From NCBI GenBank assembly GCA_027061855.1, contig JAMOVT010000070.1, positions 35,322-99,321 of the forward strand: 64,000 bases of DNA, written 5' to 3'. Below are positions 1 to 9,482 of this stretch, in pieces. Position 1 is the first letter of the stretch, and each line of letters opens with the position of its first letter. The notes beneath the pieces are model-generated. The model was not told where the DNA came from and did not search any database. It was given only the letters and a program-made list of their open reading frames with translations. Both the position numbers and the translations under genes were made by a program. This DNA is from Flavobacteriales bacterium (GTDB taxonomy: Bacteria > Bacteroidota > Bacteroidia > Flavobacteriales > Flavobacteriaceae).

Positions 1-721
1 TTCGCAATTCAAAATTTTGTCCTAAATATACTCTTCTCACCACTTCATCGGCAGCTAACTCTTCGGGAGTACCGTGTTTGAGAATTTTTCCTTCAAACAA
101 AAGATAGGTTTTATCGGTAATGGCAAGGGTTTCCTGCACATTATGATCGGTGATTAAAATTCCTATGTTTTTATCTTTAAGTTTTGCGACAATTTGCTGA
201 ATATCTTCTACGGCAATAGGATCTACCCCGGCAAAAGGTTCATCGAGTAAAATAAACTTGGGATTGGAAGCCAAGGCACGTGCTATTTCCGTTCTTCTTC
301 GTTCACCACCCGAAAGTAATTTTCCCAAACGTTTGCGTTTTTCCTGTAAACCGAATTCGTCCAGAAGTTCTTCCAATTTTTTCTTTTGTTCTTCTTTACT
401 TAAAGGGGTAAATTCCAATGCACTTTTAATATTGTCTTCTACACTCAAATCCCTGAAAACAGAATTTTCCTGGGCCAAATAACCAATTCCCATTTGCGCT
501 CTTTTATACATTGGAAATTCGGTGATATCTATATCATCAAGCAATACTCTGCCGCTATTGGGTTTGATAAGCCCCACCACCATATAAAAGGTAGTGGTTT
601 TTCCGGCCCCGTTAGGCCCCAAAAGTCCCACTATCTCTCCTTGCTCCACTTCCAGGGAAACTCCTTTTACCACTTCTTTGGAACCATATTTTTTGACTAA
701 ATTTTCGGTTTTCAGTTTCAT
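1..721 (-). CDS. lptB: LPS export ABC transporter ATP-binding protein LptB (C-terminal end runs off the window start)
   Basis: Absent from the ORF track because its stop lies outside the window. My reverse-complement translation from ATG at 721-719 gives [43 protein letters not shown] (Walker A), [15 protein letters not shown] (ABC signature) and [12 protein letters not shown] (Walker B), reaching ...[11 protein letters not shown] at nt 2. Confidence 0.9.
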   Translation of the reverse strand, partial: MKLKTENLVKKYGSKEVVKGVSLEVEQGEIVGLLGPNGAGKTTTFYMVVGLIKPNSGRVLLDDIDITEFPMYKRAQMGIGYLAQENSVFRDLSVEDNIKSALEFTPLSKEEQKKKLEELLDEFGLQEKRKRLGKLLSGGERRRTEIARALASNPKFILLDEPFAGVDPIAVEDIQQIVAKLKDKNIGILITDHNVQETLAITDKTYLLFEGKILKHGTPEELAADEVVRRVYLGQNFELR

Positions 722-723
722 AA

Positions 724-1524
724 TTATTTCGATTGAATTAGATCTGTTCCCGGTTTTTTCTCCACCCATTTGGCAATATAAATACTGACTTCATACAAAA
801 TCAATAAAGGAATCGCTACAATCACTTGACTAATAATATCCGGAGGAGTAATAAAAGCGGCTAAAATCAACACCAAAACAATGGCATATTTTCTGTTTTC
901 CTTTAAAAAATCCGAACTAACCAAGCCGAATTTAGCTAAAAAGTAAATAATTACCGGCAGTTCAAAGACAATTCCGTTAGCCAATACCGTAGAACGAATC
1001 ATAGATAAATAAGAGGAAAGCTTAATCATATTGGTAATTTCATTGGAAGTTTGATAATTTCCAAAAAAATTCACGGACAAAGGTGTAATGATATAATATC
1101 CGAAAAGTACTCCCAAAAGAAATAGAAAGGAACTGACCACAATAAAAAGTATACCGTATTTCCTCTCATGTTCATAGAGTGCAGGTCGAATAAATTTCCA
1201 TAATTCATATAAAATATATGGAAATGCAATGATAATCCCTAATACTATCGAGGTCCAAATATGAGCCGAAAATTGACCCGTCATCTGCATATTGGTGATA
1301 GTAATGGGAATTTCTTTTATGCAAAGCGCTTCACTTACCTTACAAAGCAGACGATAAGTGATAAAATCCGGATTTTTAGGAGCAAAAATAATATGGTCAA
1401 AAACAAATTTAATATTTAAACCCACAATAACGGCACCGACTAAAATAGCTATAATCGAGTGCATCAAAAATTTGCGAAGATCCCTCAGATGATCAATGAT
1501 TGTCATTTCTTGTTGTTCACTCAT
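724..1524 (-). CDS. tatC: Twin-arginine translocase subunit TatC
   Basis: 266-aa polytopic membrane ORF. The N-terminal [14 protein letters not shown] matches the TatC consensus. It has a 4-nt ATGA overlap with the kpsF stop and ends 2 nt before the lptB start. Confidence 0.9.
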   Translation of the reverse strand: MSEQQEMTIIDHLRDLRKFLMHSIIAILVGAVIVGLNIKFVFDHIIFAPKNPDFITYRLLCKVSEALCIKEIPITITNMQMTGQFSAHIWTSIVLGIIIAFPYILYELWKFIRPALYEHERKYGILFIVVSSFLFLLGVLFGYYIITPLSVNFFGNYQTSNEITNMIKLSSYLSMIRSTVLANGIVFELPVIIYFLAKFGLVSSDFLKENRKYAIVLVLILAAFITPPDIISQVIVAIPLLILYEVSIYIAKWVEKKPGTDLIQSK

Positions 1525-2498
1525 ATCAAACCTTCTTTAAGTAAATCATGCAGATGTATCATCCCCTTATAAGTTCCTTCTTCGTCAACCACAATTAATT
1601 GACTGATATTATTTTCTCTCATTTTTTTCAAAGCTTTTACCGCCATCGCATCCATAGAAATGGTTTTGGGTGAAGAGCTCATCAAATCTTTGGCAAAAAC
1701 AGCAGATACATCTTTTGTTTTTTGCAGCATCCTTCTTACATCACCGTCGGTAATGATTCCCACAATTTCATTTTTTTCATTCAATATTGTAGTTGCTCCC
1801 ATTCTTTTTTTTGTAATTTCTACAATCACATCTTTCAAATTATCGGAAGGTGAAGAAACGGGTACTTCATTATTACTTACTATATCGGCAACTCGTAAAT
1901 AGAGTTTTTTTCCCAAGCTTCCACCCGGATGATATTTAGCAAAATCTTTTTCTTTAAAATCTTTATGATGCAAAAGAGCCACTGCCAAAGCATCTCCCAT
2001 AACCATTTGAAGAGTGGTACTGGTAGTCGGAGCCAAGTTATTCGGGCAAGCTTCTTTCTCAACGGGTGTATAAAGAAGGAAATCGGATTGCTTGGCCAAA
2101 AAAGAATCTTTTGAAGAAGTCATACCGATAATCGGATTGCCAAAACTTTTAATCAATGGCAGCAAAACCTTTATCTCGGGAGTATTTCCACTTTTGGACA
2201 ATACCAGTACGACATCGTCTTTCTGAATAATTCCCAGATCTCCATGCACTGCATCAGAAGCGTGCATAAAAATAGCAGGAGTTCCTGTACTGTTTAGAGT
2301 AGCAACTATCTTGGTGGCTACATTAGCACTTTTTCCTATTCCCGTTACTACCAAACGCCCTTCAGACTGCAAGATAAGTGCTACCGCCTTGGCAAATTCC
2401 TCATCGAGTTCCCGTTCCAGATTTTGCAAAGCTTCATATTCCGTGCGTATCGTTTCACGTGCAATTTGTAAAATTTTATCTTTTTTATTGTTTTCCAA
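1521..2498 (-). CDS. kpsF: Arabinose-5-phosphate isomerase (KpsF/KdsD; SIS + tandem CBS)
   Basis: 325 aa. SIS motif VVTGIGKSANVATKIVATLNSTGTPA, followed by a CBS pair (...ILNEKNEIVGIITDGDVRR..., ...VVDEEGTYKGMIHLHDLLK). The first possible start is TTG at 2498: there is an in-frame stop a few codons upstream and no ATG before the SIS domain. Confidence 0.88.
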   Translation of the reverse strand: MENNKKDKILQIARETIRTEYEALQNLERELDEEFAKAVALILQSEGRLVVTGIGKSANVATKIVATLNSTGTPAIFMHASDAVHGDLGIIQKDDVVLVLSKSGNTPEIKVLLPLIKSFGNPIIGMTSSKDSFLAKQSDFLLYTPVEKEACPNNLAPTTSTTLQMVMGDALAVALLHHKDFKEKDFAKYHPGGSLGKKLYLRVADIVSNNEVPVSSPSDNLKDVIVEITKKRMGATTILNEKNEIVGIITDGDVRRMLQKTKDVSAVFAKDLMSSSPKTISMDAMAVKALKKMRENNISQLIVVDEEGTYKGMIHLHDLLKEGLI

Positions 2499-2639
2499 TT
2501 GAAAAAAATATTATATTTGATTATACAATTGTCCCTCTCAACAAATGTGTATTGCAAAGTTAATATTAAATTTCATACATATAGTAGATTAAAAAAGTAC
2601 TTTTTTGTTTAATTTAGTATTTCAATTTATAAATAAAAA

Positions 2640-4838
2640 ATGACGAACGAAGATAAAGCCGCTTTAAAAAAAGCCTTAAAAAAATATTTTGGGTTTGACC
2701 AATTCAAAGGATTACAAGAGGAGGTCACACAAAGTATTATGGATAATCGTAATACCTTTGCCGTGATGCCTACCGGAGGTGGAAAATCCTTGACTTATCA
2801 ATTACCCGCACTTTTAAAAGAAGGAACGGCGATTGTTGTTTCTCCTTTAATTGCTTTGATGAAAAATCAAGTCGATGCCCTTCGTGGAATTTCAGAAAAC
2901 AAAGGAATTGTACACTTGCTCAATTCCACTCTTAATAAAGGAGAAACCCGTAAGGTAATGGATGACATCCGTTCGGGAGTGACCAAAATGGTATATGTTG
3001 CCCCCGAATCACTCAAAAAAGAAGAAAATGTCGAATTTTTCAAAAGTGTAAACCTCTCTTTTATCGCAATAGACGAAGCACATTGTATCTCGGAATGGGG
3101 ACATGATTTTCGTCCGGAATATGGAAATTTGCGAAACATTATCAACAATATCAATCCGGATTTACCTGTAATTGCATTGACGGCCACGGCTACTACAAAA
3201 GTGCAAGAAGATATTTTAAAAAACTTACAGATTCAAGATGCCAATGTCTTTAAAGCATCTTTTAACAGGCCAAATTTATTTTATGAAGTACGCCCCAAAA
3301 CAAAAGATGTAGACAAAGAACTGATTCGTTTTATCAAGCAAAGAGAAGGAAAATCGGGAATTATTTATGCTTTGAGTAGAAAAACCGTCGAGCAATTGGC
3401 CCAAACATTACAAGTAAACGGAATTAATGCTATTCCCTATCATGCAGGATTGGATAGTAAAACCCGTGCCAAACATCAAGATATGTTTTTGATGCAAGAC
3501 GCCGATGTCGTGGTAGCCACCATTGCATTCGGTATGGGAATCGACAAACCGGATGTCCGTTATGTTATCCATTATGACATGCCCAAAAGTTTGGAAAGTT
3601 ACTACCAGGAAACCGGACGTGCCGGACGTGATGACGGTGAAGGCCATTGTTTGGCTTTCTATTCTTACAAGGATATGGAAAAACTGGAAAAATTCATCAC
3701 CCAAAACAAGTCGATTTCCGAACGTGAAATTGCCTCCGCCCTACTCGATGAAGTGGTAGCATATGCAGAAACGGCTATCTCTCGACGAAAATTTCTCTTG
3801 CATTATTTCGGTGAAGAATTTGATCCCGAAAAAGATCCCGGAGGAGATATGGATGACAATGTCCGTAATCCGAAGAAAAAAGTCGAAGCCAAAGAAGAAG
3901 TTTACAAAGTATTGGATATAGTTGATAAAACCAATGAAATTTATAAAATCAAAGATATAATCAATACCTTAACCGGAAAAGAAACAGCACTGATCACCTC
4001 TCATAATACACATAAACAGTCCTTTTTCGGAAGTGGAAAAAATAAAGACGAACATTTTTGGATGTCTTTAATCCGTCAAATTTTGGTAGCGAATCTTCTT
4101 AAAAAACAAATTGAAAATTACGGTGTATTGCAACTTACCGACAAAGGAAGAGATTTTCTTAAAAATCCTACTTCCTTTATGATGGCGGAGGACCATAAAT
4201 ATGATGAAGCAACCACTTCTGTTACTACCTCCGGAAAAACCGGCGCCGCTGATGAGAAACTTTTAAAAATGCTCAAATCATTACGGAAGGATGTTGCCAA
4301 ACAAAAAGGAGTTCCTCCTTATATTATTTTTCAAGAACCCTCTCTGGAAGATATGGCATTGAAATATCCTGTAAGCATTGAAGAACTGGCCAAAATTTAT
4401 GGCGTGGGGGAAGGAAAAGCAAAGAAATTCGGAAAAGCTTTTGTAGAATTAATCCAAAAATATGTTGAAGACAACGACATTATCCGCCCCGATGAATTCA
4501 TTGTAAAATCTACGGCCAACCGTTCCGCATTAAAAATCTTCATCATTACGAGTACGGACAGAAAAATCCCGCTGGATGATATTGCCGCGGCCAAAGGACT
4601 TACAATGGATGAATTACTCAAAGAAATGGAGCGCATTGTTTATATGGGAACCAAATTAAATATTGAGTATTATCTGGATGAAATTTTTGATGAGGATCAA
4701 TTGGAAGAGTTACACGATTATTTTATGGAAGCCGATTCCGATAAAATAAGTTTGGCAATGGAAGAATTTGAAGGTGAATATGAAGATGAAGAATTACGGT
4801 TGTTCCGTATTCATTTCATCAGCAAAATGGCCAATTAA
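2640..4838 (+). CDS. recQ: ATP-dependent DNA helicase RecQ (long form with HRDC and C-terminal extension)
   Basis: 732 aa. Motifs: MPTGGGKS (Walker A), AIDEAHCISEWGHDFRP (DEAH), ATIAFGMGIDKPDVRYVIHYDMP, QETGRAGRDG-like, and HRDC (PPYIIFQEPSLEDMA...GVGEGKAKKFG). Confidence 0.93.
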   Translation: MTNEDKAALKKALKKYFGFDQFKGLQEEVTQSIMDNRNTFAVMPTGGGKSLTYQLPALLKEGTAIVVSPLIALMKNQVDALRGISENKGIVHLLNSTLNKGETRKVMDDIRSGVTKMVYVAPESLKKEENVEFFKSVNLSFIAIDEAHCISEWGHDFRPEYGNLRNIINNINPDLPVIALTATATTKVQEDILKNLQIQDANVFKASFNRPNLFYEVRPKTKDVDKELIRFIKQREGKSGIIYALSRKTVEQLAQTLQVNGINAIPYHAGLDSKTRAKHQDMFLMQDADVVVATIAFGMGIDKPDVRYVIHYDMPKSLESYYQETGRAGRDDGEGHCLAFYSYKDMEKLEKFITQNKSISEREIASALLDEVVAYAETAISRRKFLLHYFGEEFDPEKDPGGDMDDNVRNPKKKVEAKEEVYKVLDIVDKTNEIYKIKDIINTLTGKETALITSHNTHKQSFFGSGKNKDEHFWMSLIRQILVANLLKKQIENYGVLQLTDKGRDFLKNPTSFMMAEDHKYDEATTSVTTSGKTGAADEKLLKMLKSLRKDVAKQKGVPPYIIFQEPSLEDMALKYPVSIEELAKIYGVGEGKAKKFGKAFVELIQKYVEDNDIIRPDEFIVKSTANRSALKIFIITSTDRKIPLDDIAAAKGLTMDELLKEMERIVYMGTKLNIEYYLDEIFDEDQLEELHDYFMEADSDKISLAMEEFEGEYEDEELRLFRIHFISKMAN

Positions 4839-6133
4839 TCCGGTTTACTGAAAAATCTCAAAATGAGATAACCCGTTAAACCTGCAAGAAAGGAGCCGAT
4901 TATAATCCCGACTTTTGAGGAATCTATTAAAATCTCATTCCCTCTGAAAGCCAGTGTGGCAATAAAAATAGACATGGTAAAGCCTACTCCTGCAAGTGCC
5001 GAAATACCAAATAAATGCCTGAAACTCATCCCTTTCGGCATATCCGTAAGTTTTAATTTCAACCCTAAATAAGAAAAAAGAAAGACCCCTGTGAATTTCC
5101 CGATAAATAGACTGATTACAATATTTTTGATCAATGAAAAATCATAATCCGCATTCATATTTAAGGACACACCGGCATTAGCAAAAGCAAAAACCGGCAA
5201 AATAAAATAAGCCACCAGCGCATGTAATTTCTGTTCCAAGGATTGTAAAGGGGATTTTACTTCGTTCATCAAAATTTTTATCTGCTCCAAGCGTTTTAAT
5301 TCATTATTGGTCAACAGCCCACAAGACCGGTTGGTTTCCTCTTCAAGTTTGTCTGCAATTTTGCTCATTTCATTAGAAAATCGTGTAATATTCATTTTTC
5401 TTTGAATGGGAATGGTAAAAGCCAATAAAACTCCGGCAATGGTAGGATGAATTCCCGCTTTCAGAAATAAAAACCAGGCAATAACACCTGCAAGAATTCC
5501 CGGTAATGGAGAATACGACCTTTTCTTGTACCATACCGCCAAAAGAAAGATGATAATCAGTCCGGTAATTAATAATATAATATCTAATTTTTCCGTATAA
5601 AACAAAGCAATCACGGATACAGCTGCCAAATCATCAATAATTGCAAATGCCGTAAGGAAAACTTTTAGACTAAGAGGAACTCTTTTCCCTAATAAACTGA
5701 GGATTGCCAATGCAAATGCTATATCGGTTGCCATGGGAATTCCCCATCCTCCGGCAGTTTCCGGGTTTTGATTTAAAGTAAAATAAAAAAGAATAGGAAC
5801 AATAATCCCTCCTAGGGCAGCCACCATAGGAAAAGCCGCTTTTTTTAGTGTATTTATCTCGCCTACCAATAATTCCCTTTTTAATTCCAAACCGATTAGA
5901 AAAAAGAAAATCGCCATCAATCCGTCATTAATCCATAAAATTAAAGGCTTTTTTAATTCGAAATTTTCCCAATTGAAACCTACTTTAATTTGCCATAATT
6001 GCCGATAGGAATCCGCATATGGAGAATTGGCCCATAATAAAGCAATAATGGTAGCAATAAAAAGTAAAATTCCCGCAAAACTTTCTGTTTTAGCGAACTT
6101 TTGAAAAGGTGTTAAAAAGATATTTTTTTTCAT
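4835..6133 (-). CDS. nhaA: Na+/H+ antiporter NhaA
   Basis: 432-aa polytopic membrane protein. N-terminus FQKFAKTESFAGILLFIATIIALLWANSP and the AIIDDLAAV motif are typical of NhaA. ATG at 6133-6131. Confidence 0.9.
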   Translation of the reverse strand: MKKNIFLTPFQKFAKTESFAGILLFIATIIALLWANSPYADSYRQLWQIKVGFNWENFELKKPLILWINDGLMAIFFFLIGLELKRELLVGEINTLKKAAFPMVAALGGIIVPILFYFTLNQNPETAGGWGIPMATDIAFALAILSLLGKRVPLSLKVFLTAFAIIDDLAAVSVIALFYTEKLDIILLITGLIIIFLLAVWYKKRSYSPLPGILAGVIAWFLFLKAGIHPTIAGVLLAFTIPIQRKMNITRFSNEMSKIADKLEEETNRSCGLLTNNELKRLEQIKILMNEVKSPLQSLEQKLHALVAYFILPVFAFANAGVSLNMNADYDFSLIKNIVISLFIGKFTGVFLFSYLGLKLKLTDMPKGMSFRHLFGISALAGVGFTMSIFIATLAFRGNEILIDSSKVGIIIGSFLAGLTGYLILRFFSKPD

Positions 6134-6325
6134 TAATTAAATACGAATGATTAATGCCGGGTAAATATAAAACTTTTCTTTTTATTCTTATAAAATTATA
6201 TTTCATGGCTATATTTCATTATTTCTATTAAAAATTAAGAGGTAAAACAAAAATGGAAAGAAAAAAAATCGTATTTTTAAAAAACAAATAAAAAAAAGAA
6301 ACCAAATTAAATTAAATACTTGATT

Positions 6326-6634
6326 ATGAATGACATACTTGAATTTTTCAATCAGAACCTGCAAATGATCTATATCGTGATATTGATGATATTTGTAGGG
6401 GTAGAAATTATCGGACATGTTCCCGCTGTTCTGCATACTCCTTTGATGTCCGGAGCCAATGCGATACACGGAGTAGTGATCATCGGAGCCATTTTGGTAA
6501 TGCTTCATATGGAACCTTCAAACAAATTGGGAATGGCCATCGGATTTTTGGCTGTCATACTCGGAACACTAAACGTAGTGGGAGGTTTTGTAGTAACTGA
6601 TAGAATGTTGGACATGTTTAAAACGAAAAAATAA
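6326..6634 (+). CDS. pntAB: NAD(P) transhydrogenase subunit alpha, small membrane part (PntAB, dII)
   Basis: About 100-aa hydrophobic protein with LMSGANAIHGVV. ATG at 6326 is preferred over the TTG at 6320 used by the ORF track. TAATG overlap with pntB. Confidence 0.85.
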   Translation: MNDILEFFNQNLQMIYIVILMIFVGVEIIGHVPAVLHTPLMSGANAIHGVVIIGAILVMLHMEPSNKLGMAIGFLAVILGTLNVVGGFVVTDRMLDMFKTKK

Positions 6635-8034
6635 TGGAAACTTTTTTATTGAATTTAGCTTATTTAGTAGCTTCCGTCGGATTTATTATCGGACTGAAAA
6701 TGCTCGGAAGCCCCAAAACCGCCAGAAAAGGAAACTTGATTGCGGCCTTTGGAATGACACTTGCTATTCTTGCAACTATTTTTATATATCCGCATACGGC
6801 ACAGATTAAGGTGCCCGGTTTTGTCTATGCATTAATTTTTACAGCCATTGCAATAGGAACCATTATTGGTTGGGGAATCGCCGTTAAAGTGGAAATGACC
6901 AAAATGCCTGAGCTTGTTTCGTTTTTTAACGGAATGGGAGGAGCCACAGCAGCCCTTATCGGTTTATTGGAATTCCATCATAATGTGGGGAATCCCGGAA
7001 AAATGTTTATGGTGATAGCCGGAATGGTAATAGGGAGTATTTCTTTTGCAGGAAGTATGATTGCCTGGGCAAAATTAAGCGGCAAAATGCGTAAACCTGT
7101 TCGCTTACCTTCATATAATATTTTGAATACCCTCATGGCTATTCTTATTATAGCCTTGGGAGCATACATTATTTATACAGGTGTAGCAAACCCCGCTTAT
7201 ATATATGCCCTTTTTGCATTATCCCTTCTTTATGGCGTTTTATTTGTTCTTCCTATCGGAGGAGCGGATATGCCCGTAGTTATTTCCTTGCTTAATTCCT
7301 TTACCGGATTGGCAGCGGCATTTGGCGGTTTCCTTTATGATAATATGGCGATGCTTACCGGTGGAATTTTAGTAGGATCCGCAGGAACCATCTTGACAAT
7401 TGCCATGACCAAGGCGATGAACCGTTCATTGACCTCTGTAATCTTCGGTGCTTTTGGAGAAGGAAGTAATGCCGCAGCCGGAAGCGGAACAAAAATTCAG
7501 GGAAATGTAAAAGAAGCCGGACCGAGTGATGCAGCCATTTTACTCAATTATGCCAACAAGGTAATTATCGTTCCGGGGTATGGACTGGCTGTTGCCCAGG
7601 CACAACACGTATTGCATGAACTTGAAGAACTACTTTCCAAAAAAGGAATTGATGTGAAATATGCCATACACCCTGTTGCCGGTCGTATGCCCGGTCATAT
7701 GAATGTGTTATTGGCCGAAGCCAATGTAGATTATGACAAATTGGTGGATATGGACGATATAAACAACGAATTCAAAAATACCGATGTCGTTCTGGTAGTC
7801 GGTGCCAATGATGTAGTCAATCCGGCGGCAAAAAATGATCCTTCCAGCCCGATATACGGTATGCCTATATTAAATGTTGAAGACGCCAAAAATATCATTG
7901 TAAATAAGAGAAGTATGAAACCCGGTTACGCCGGAATTGAAAATGAATTATTCTATAATCCGAAAACCTCCATGCTTTTTGGCGATGCCAAATCTGCTTT
8001 GACCAAAGTAGTACAGGAACTCAAAGGAATGTAA
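6634..8034 (+). CDS. pntB: NAD(P) transhydrogenase subunit beta (PntB, dII+dIII)
   Basis: 466 aa. Polytopic N-terminal half plus a soluble NADP(H)-binding dIII domain (VPGYGLAVAQAQH, HPVAGRMPGHMNVLLAEA, VVGANDVVNPAA). Confidence 0.93.
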   Translation: METFLLNLAYLVASVGFIIGLKMLGSPKTARKGNLIAAFGMTLAILATIFIYPHTAQIKVPGFVYALIFTAIAIGTIIGWGIAVKVEMTKMPELVSFFNGMGGATAALIGLLEFHHNVGNPGKMFMVIAGMVIGSISFAGSMIAWAKLSGKMRKPVRLPSYNILNTLMAILIIALGAYIIYTGVANPAYIYALFALSLLYGVLFVLPIGGADMPVVISLLNSFTGLAAAFGGFLYDNMAMLTGGILVGSAGTILTIAMTKAMNRSLTSVIFGAFGEGSNAAAGSGTKIQGNVKEAGPSDAAILLNYANKVIIVPGYGLAVAQAQHVLHELEELLSKKGIDVKYAIHPVAGRMPGHMNVLLAEANVDYDKLVDMDDINNEFKNTDVVLVVGANDVVNPAAKNDPSSPIYGMPILNVEDAKNIIVNKRSMKPGYAGIENELFYNPKTSMLFGDAKSALTKVVQELKGM

Positions 8035-8050
8035 ATATTTATATCTAGCA

Positions 8051-8080
8051 AAAAAGGGCAGCCCGCGGGCTGCCCTTTTT
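8051..8080. terminator. Bidirectional rho-independent terminator between convergent pntB and a lipoprotein gene
   Basis: aaaaaGGGCAGCCcgcGGGCTGCCCttttt: a GC-rich perfect stem flanked by an A-run and a T-run. Confidence 0.85.
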
Positions 8081-8099
8081 CTATTAAACCAAACCTAAC

Positions 8100-8774
8100 C
8101 TAATCATCAAAATCCAAAGCATTATTAAAGTTATTTTCTATTAATTCGGCAAAATTGGAATTTGAATTGGCATTGATTTGAATGATATTATTCGGACCGA
8201 GTTGGGCCAAAGCAAAATCTACTCCGTTAAATAAATTCGGTAAGTCAATATAAAGAGTAAAGGTTACGGTAGAATTAGGATCTACTTGTACACCAATATT
8301 ATTTTCTATTTCATAATCTTCATCGAGTGTAGAAGTGAATTCAAAATCATAACTCATCCCTGCAATTGTATAAGTCCCGCTGATTTCCAATGAGCTTCCA
8401 CTGGGTAAAGTACGGTCTACTTTTACTTCCAATTCATGGTAAGTACCGGGTTCTATCTCAACATAAGGAAGCGGCGGTGTGGAAGTTCCGGTAAGAATAT
8501 CAAAAGAATAACTTCCTTCATATTCAAATTCCAATTCATCATCATTGGTATTGGCTTCGACTTCGAAATCCACTTTACTGATTCCTATCACCGCTTTGGT
8601 AAAAGTGAAAGTTCCAATACTAGCTTTGGTAGCTACCGGCTTATCGGCCGTTTTTTCTTTTACGGTAAATTTGGCTTTGGCATCGGTGATATCTTCATTT
8701 TTATCACAACTTGTTAGCCCAAAGAAAAATACCGTCATCATGGATAAAGCAATTAATTTTTTCATTGTTTTCAT
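8100..8774 (-). CDS. Hypothetical lipoprotein (possibly DUF4382-like, beta-rich)
   Basis: 224 aa. Signal peptide with lipobox GLTSC. Acidic, beta-strand-rich mature part. The family name is from memory only. Confidence 0.6.
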   Translation of the reverse strand: MKTMKKLIALSMMTVFFFGLTSCDKNEDITDAKAKFTVKEKTADKPVATKASIGTFTFTKAVIGISKVDFEVEANTNDDELEFEYEGSYSFDILTGTSTPPLPYVEIEPGTYHELEVKVDRTLPSGSSLEISGTYTIAGMSYDFEFTSTLDEDYEIENNIGVQVDPNSTVTFTLYIDLPNLFNGVDFALAQLGPNNIIQINANSNSNFAELIENNFNNALDFDD

Positions 8775-8839
8775 TTTTTTAAAGTTAATAATTTTAATTT
8801 CGGATTAACATCCGTTTCATACATACAACGAGAACCCCT

Positions 8840-8847
8840 CAAAAATA
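8840..8847 (-). promoter_or_regulatory. Candidate Bacteroidota -7 box (TATTTTTG on minus strand) upstream of the lipoprotein gene
   Basis: Plus-strand caaaaata is TAnnTTTG on the minus strand. It lies about 65 nt upstream of the ATG at 8774. Confidence 0.3.
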
Positions 8848-8860
8848 CCCTATATAAAAA

Positions 8861-9424
8861 ATGACAAAATTTATATTTCGATTAAAATATGTAATTTTAC
8901 GGTTGAAATCCCCATCGATGAAAAACAATCTCTGTCTGAAATATATATTTGAGAAGGTTTACCAAACCTATATTGACGACTTGTTGCGTTTTTTAATTTT
9001 TAAAACACGTGATGTGGAGGAAGCCGAAGATTTGGCGCAGGAAAGTTTTATCAGATTATGGGATAACTGTCATAAAGTGCAAGCAAATAAAGCCAAATCT
9101 TTTTTATTTACCATTGCAAACAGGCTGTTTTTGGATGCTGTAAAACATAAAAAAGTAATCCGGAAATATGAACAGCATAACACTAAGGAGGATCATATAA
9201 AAGAAACTCCGGAATTTTTACTGATTGAGGAAGAGTTTTTTCAAAAAATACAATATGCTTTTAATCAAATGACCGAAAAACAAAGAGAAGTATTTGAACT
9301 AAGCCGTTTTGAAAAGAAAAAATACAGGGAAATCGCCGAAATTCTGGGGATTTCAGTCAAAACCGTCGAACAAAGAATGAACGGTGCCCTCAAAGTGGTA
9401 AAAAAATATTTAGGAAATTTATAA
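8861..9424 (+). CDS. ECF-type RNA polymerase sigma-70 factor
   Basis: Region 2 (EEAEDLAQESFIRLWDN) and region 4 HTH (KYREIAEILGISVKTVEQRMNGAL). The alternative ATG at 8918 (MKNNL...) gives a more typical length. Confidence 0.85.
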   Translation: MTKFIFRLKYVILRLKSPSMKNNLCLKYIFEKVYQTYIDDLLRFLIFKTRDVEEAEDLAQESFIRLWDNCHKVQANKAKSFLFTIANRLFLDAVKHKKVIRKYEQHNTKEDHIKETPEFLLIEEEFFQKIQYAFNQMTEKQREVFELSRFEKKKYREIAEILGISVKTVEQRMNGALKVVKKYLGNL

Positions 9425-9482
9425 AACATACAGGGTATAAATAACTTTAATCGTTATATAATAAATAAGTATCTAGAATGGA

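Noticed and set aside
258-788. Three plus-strand ORFs (258..482, 494..700, 594..788) at the window start
   Set aside because: They lie antisense to a clean, motif-complete lptB reading frame (Walker A/B and ABC signature on the minus strand). Their products are low-complexity and match nothing.
2512-2519. TATATTTG box in the kpsF/recQ divergent spacer as a recQ promoter
   Set aside because: It lies about 120 nt upstream of the recQ ATG, much farther than all other boxes in the window, and only 14 nt from the kpsF start on the other strand. I cannot assign it confidently.
6209-6508. 99-aa minus-strand ORF overlapping the pntAB start region
   Set aside because: Half of it lies in an AT-rich spacer, giving F/K/N-rich junk. 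The rest is antisense to the well-supported pntAB gene.
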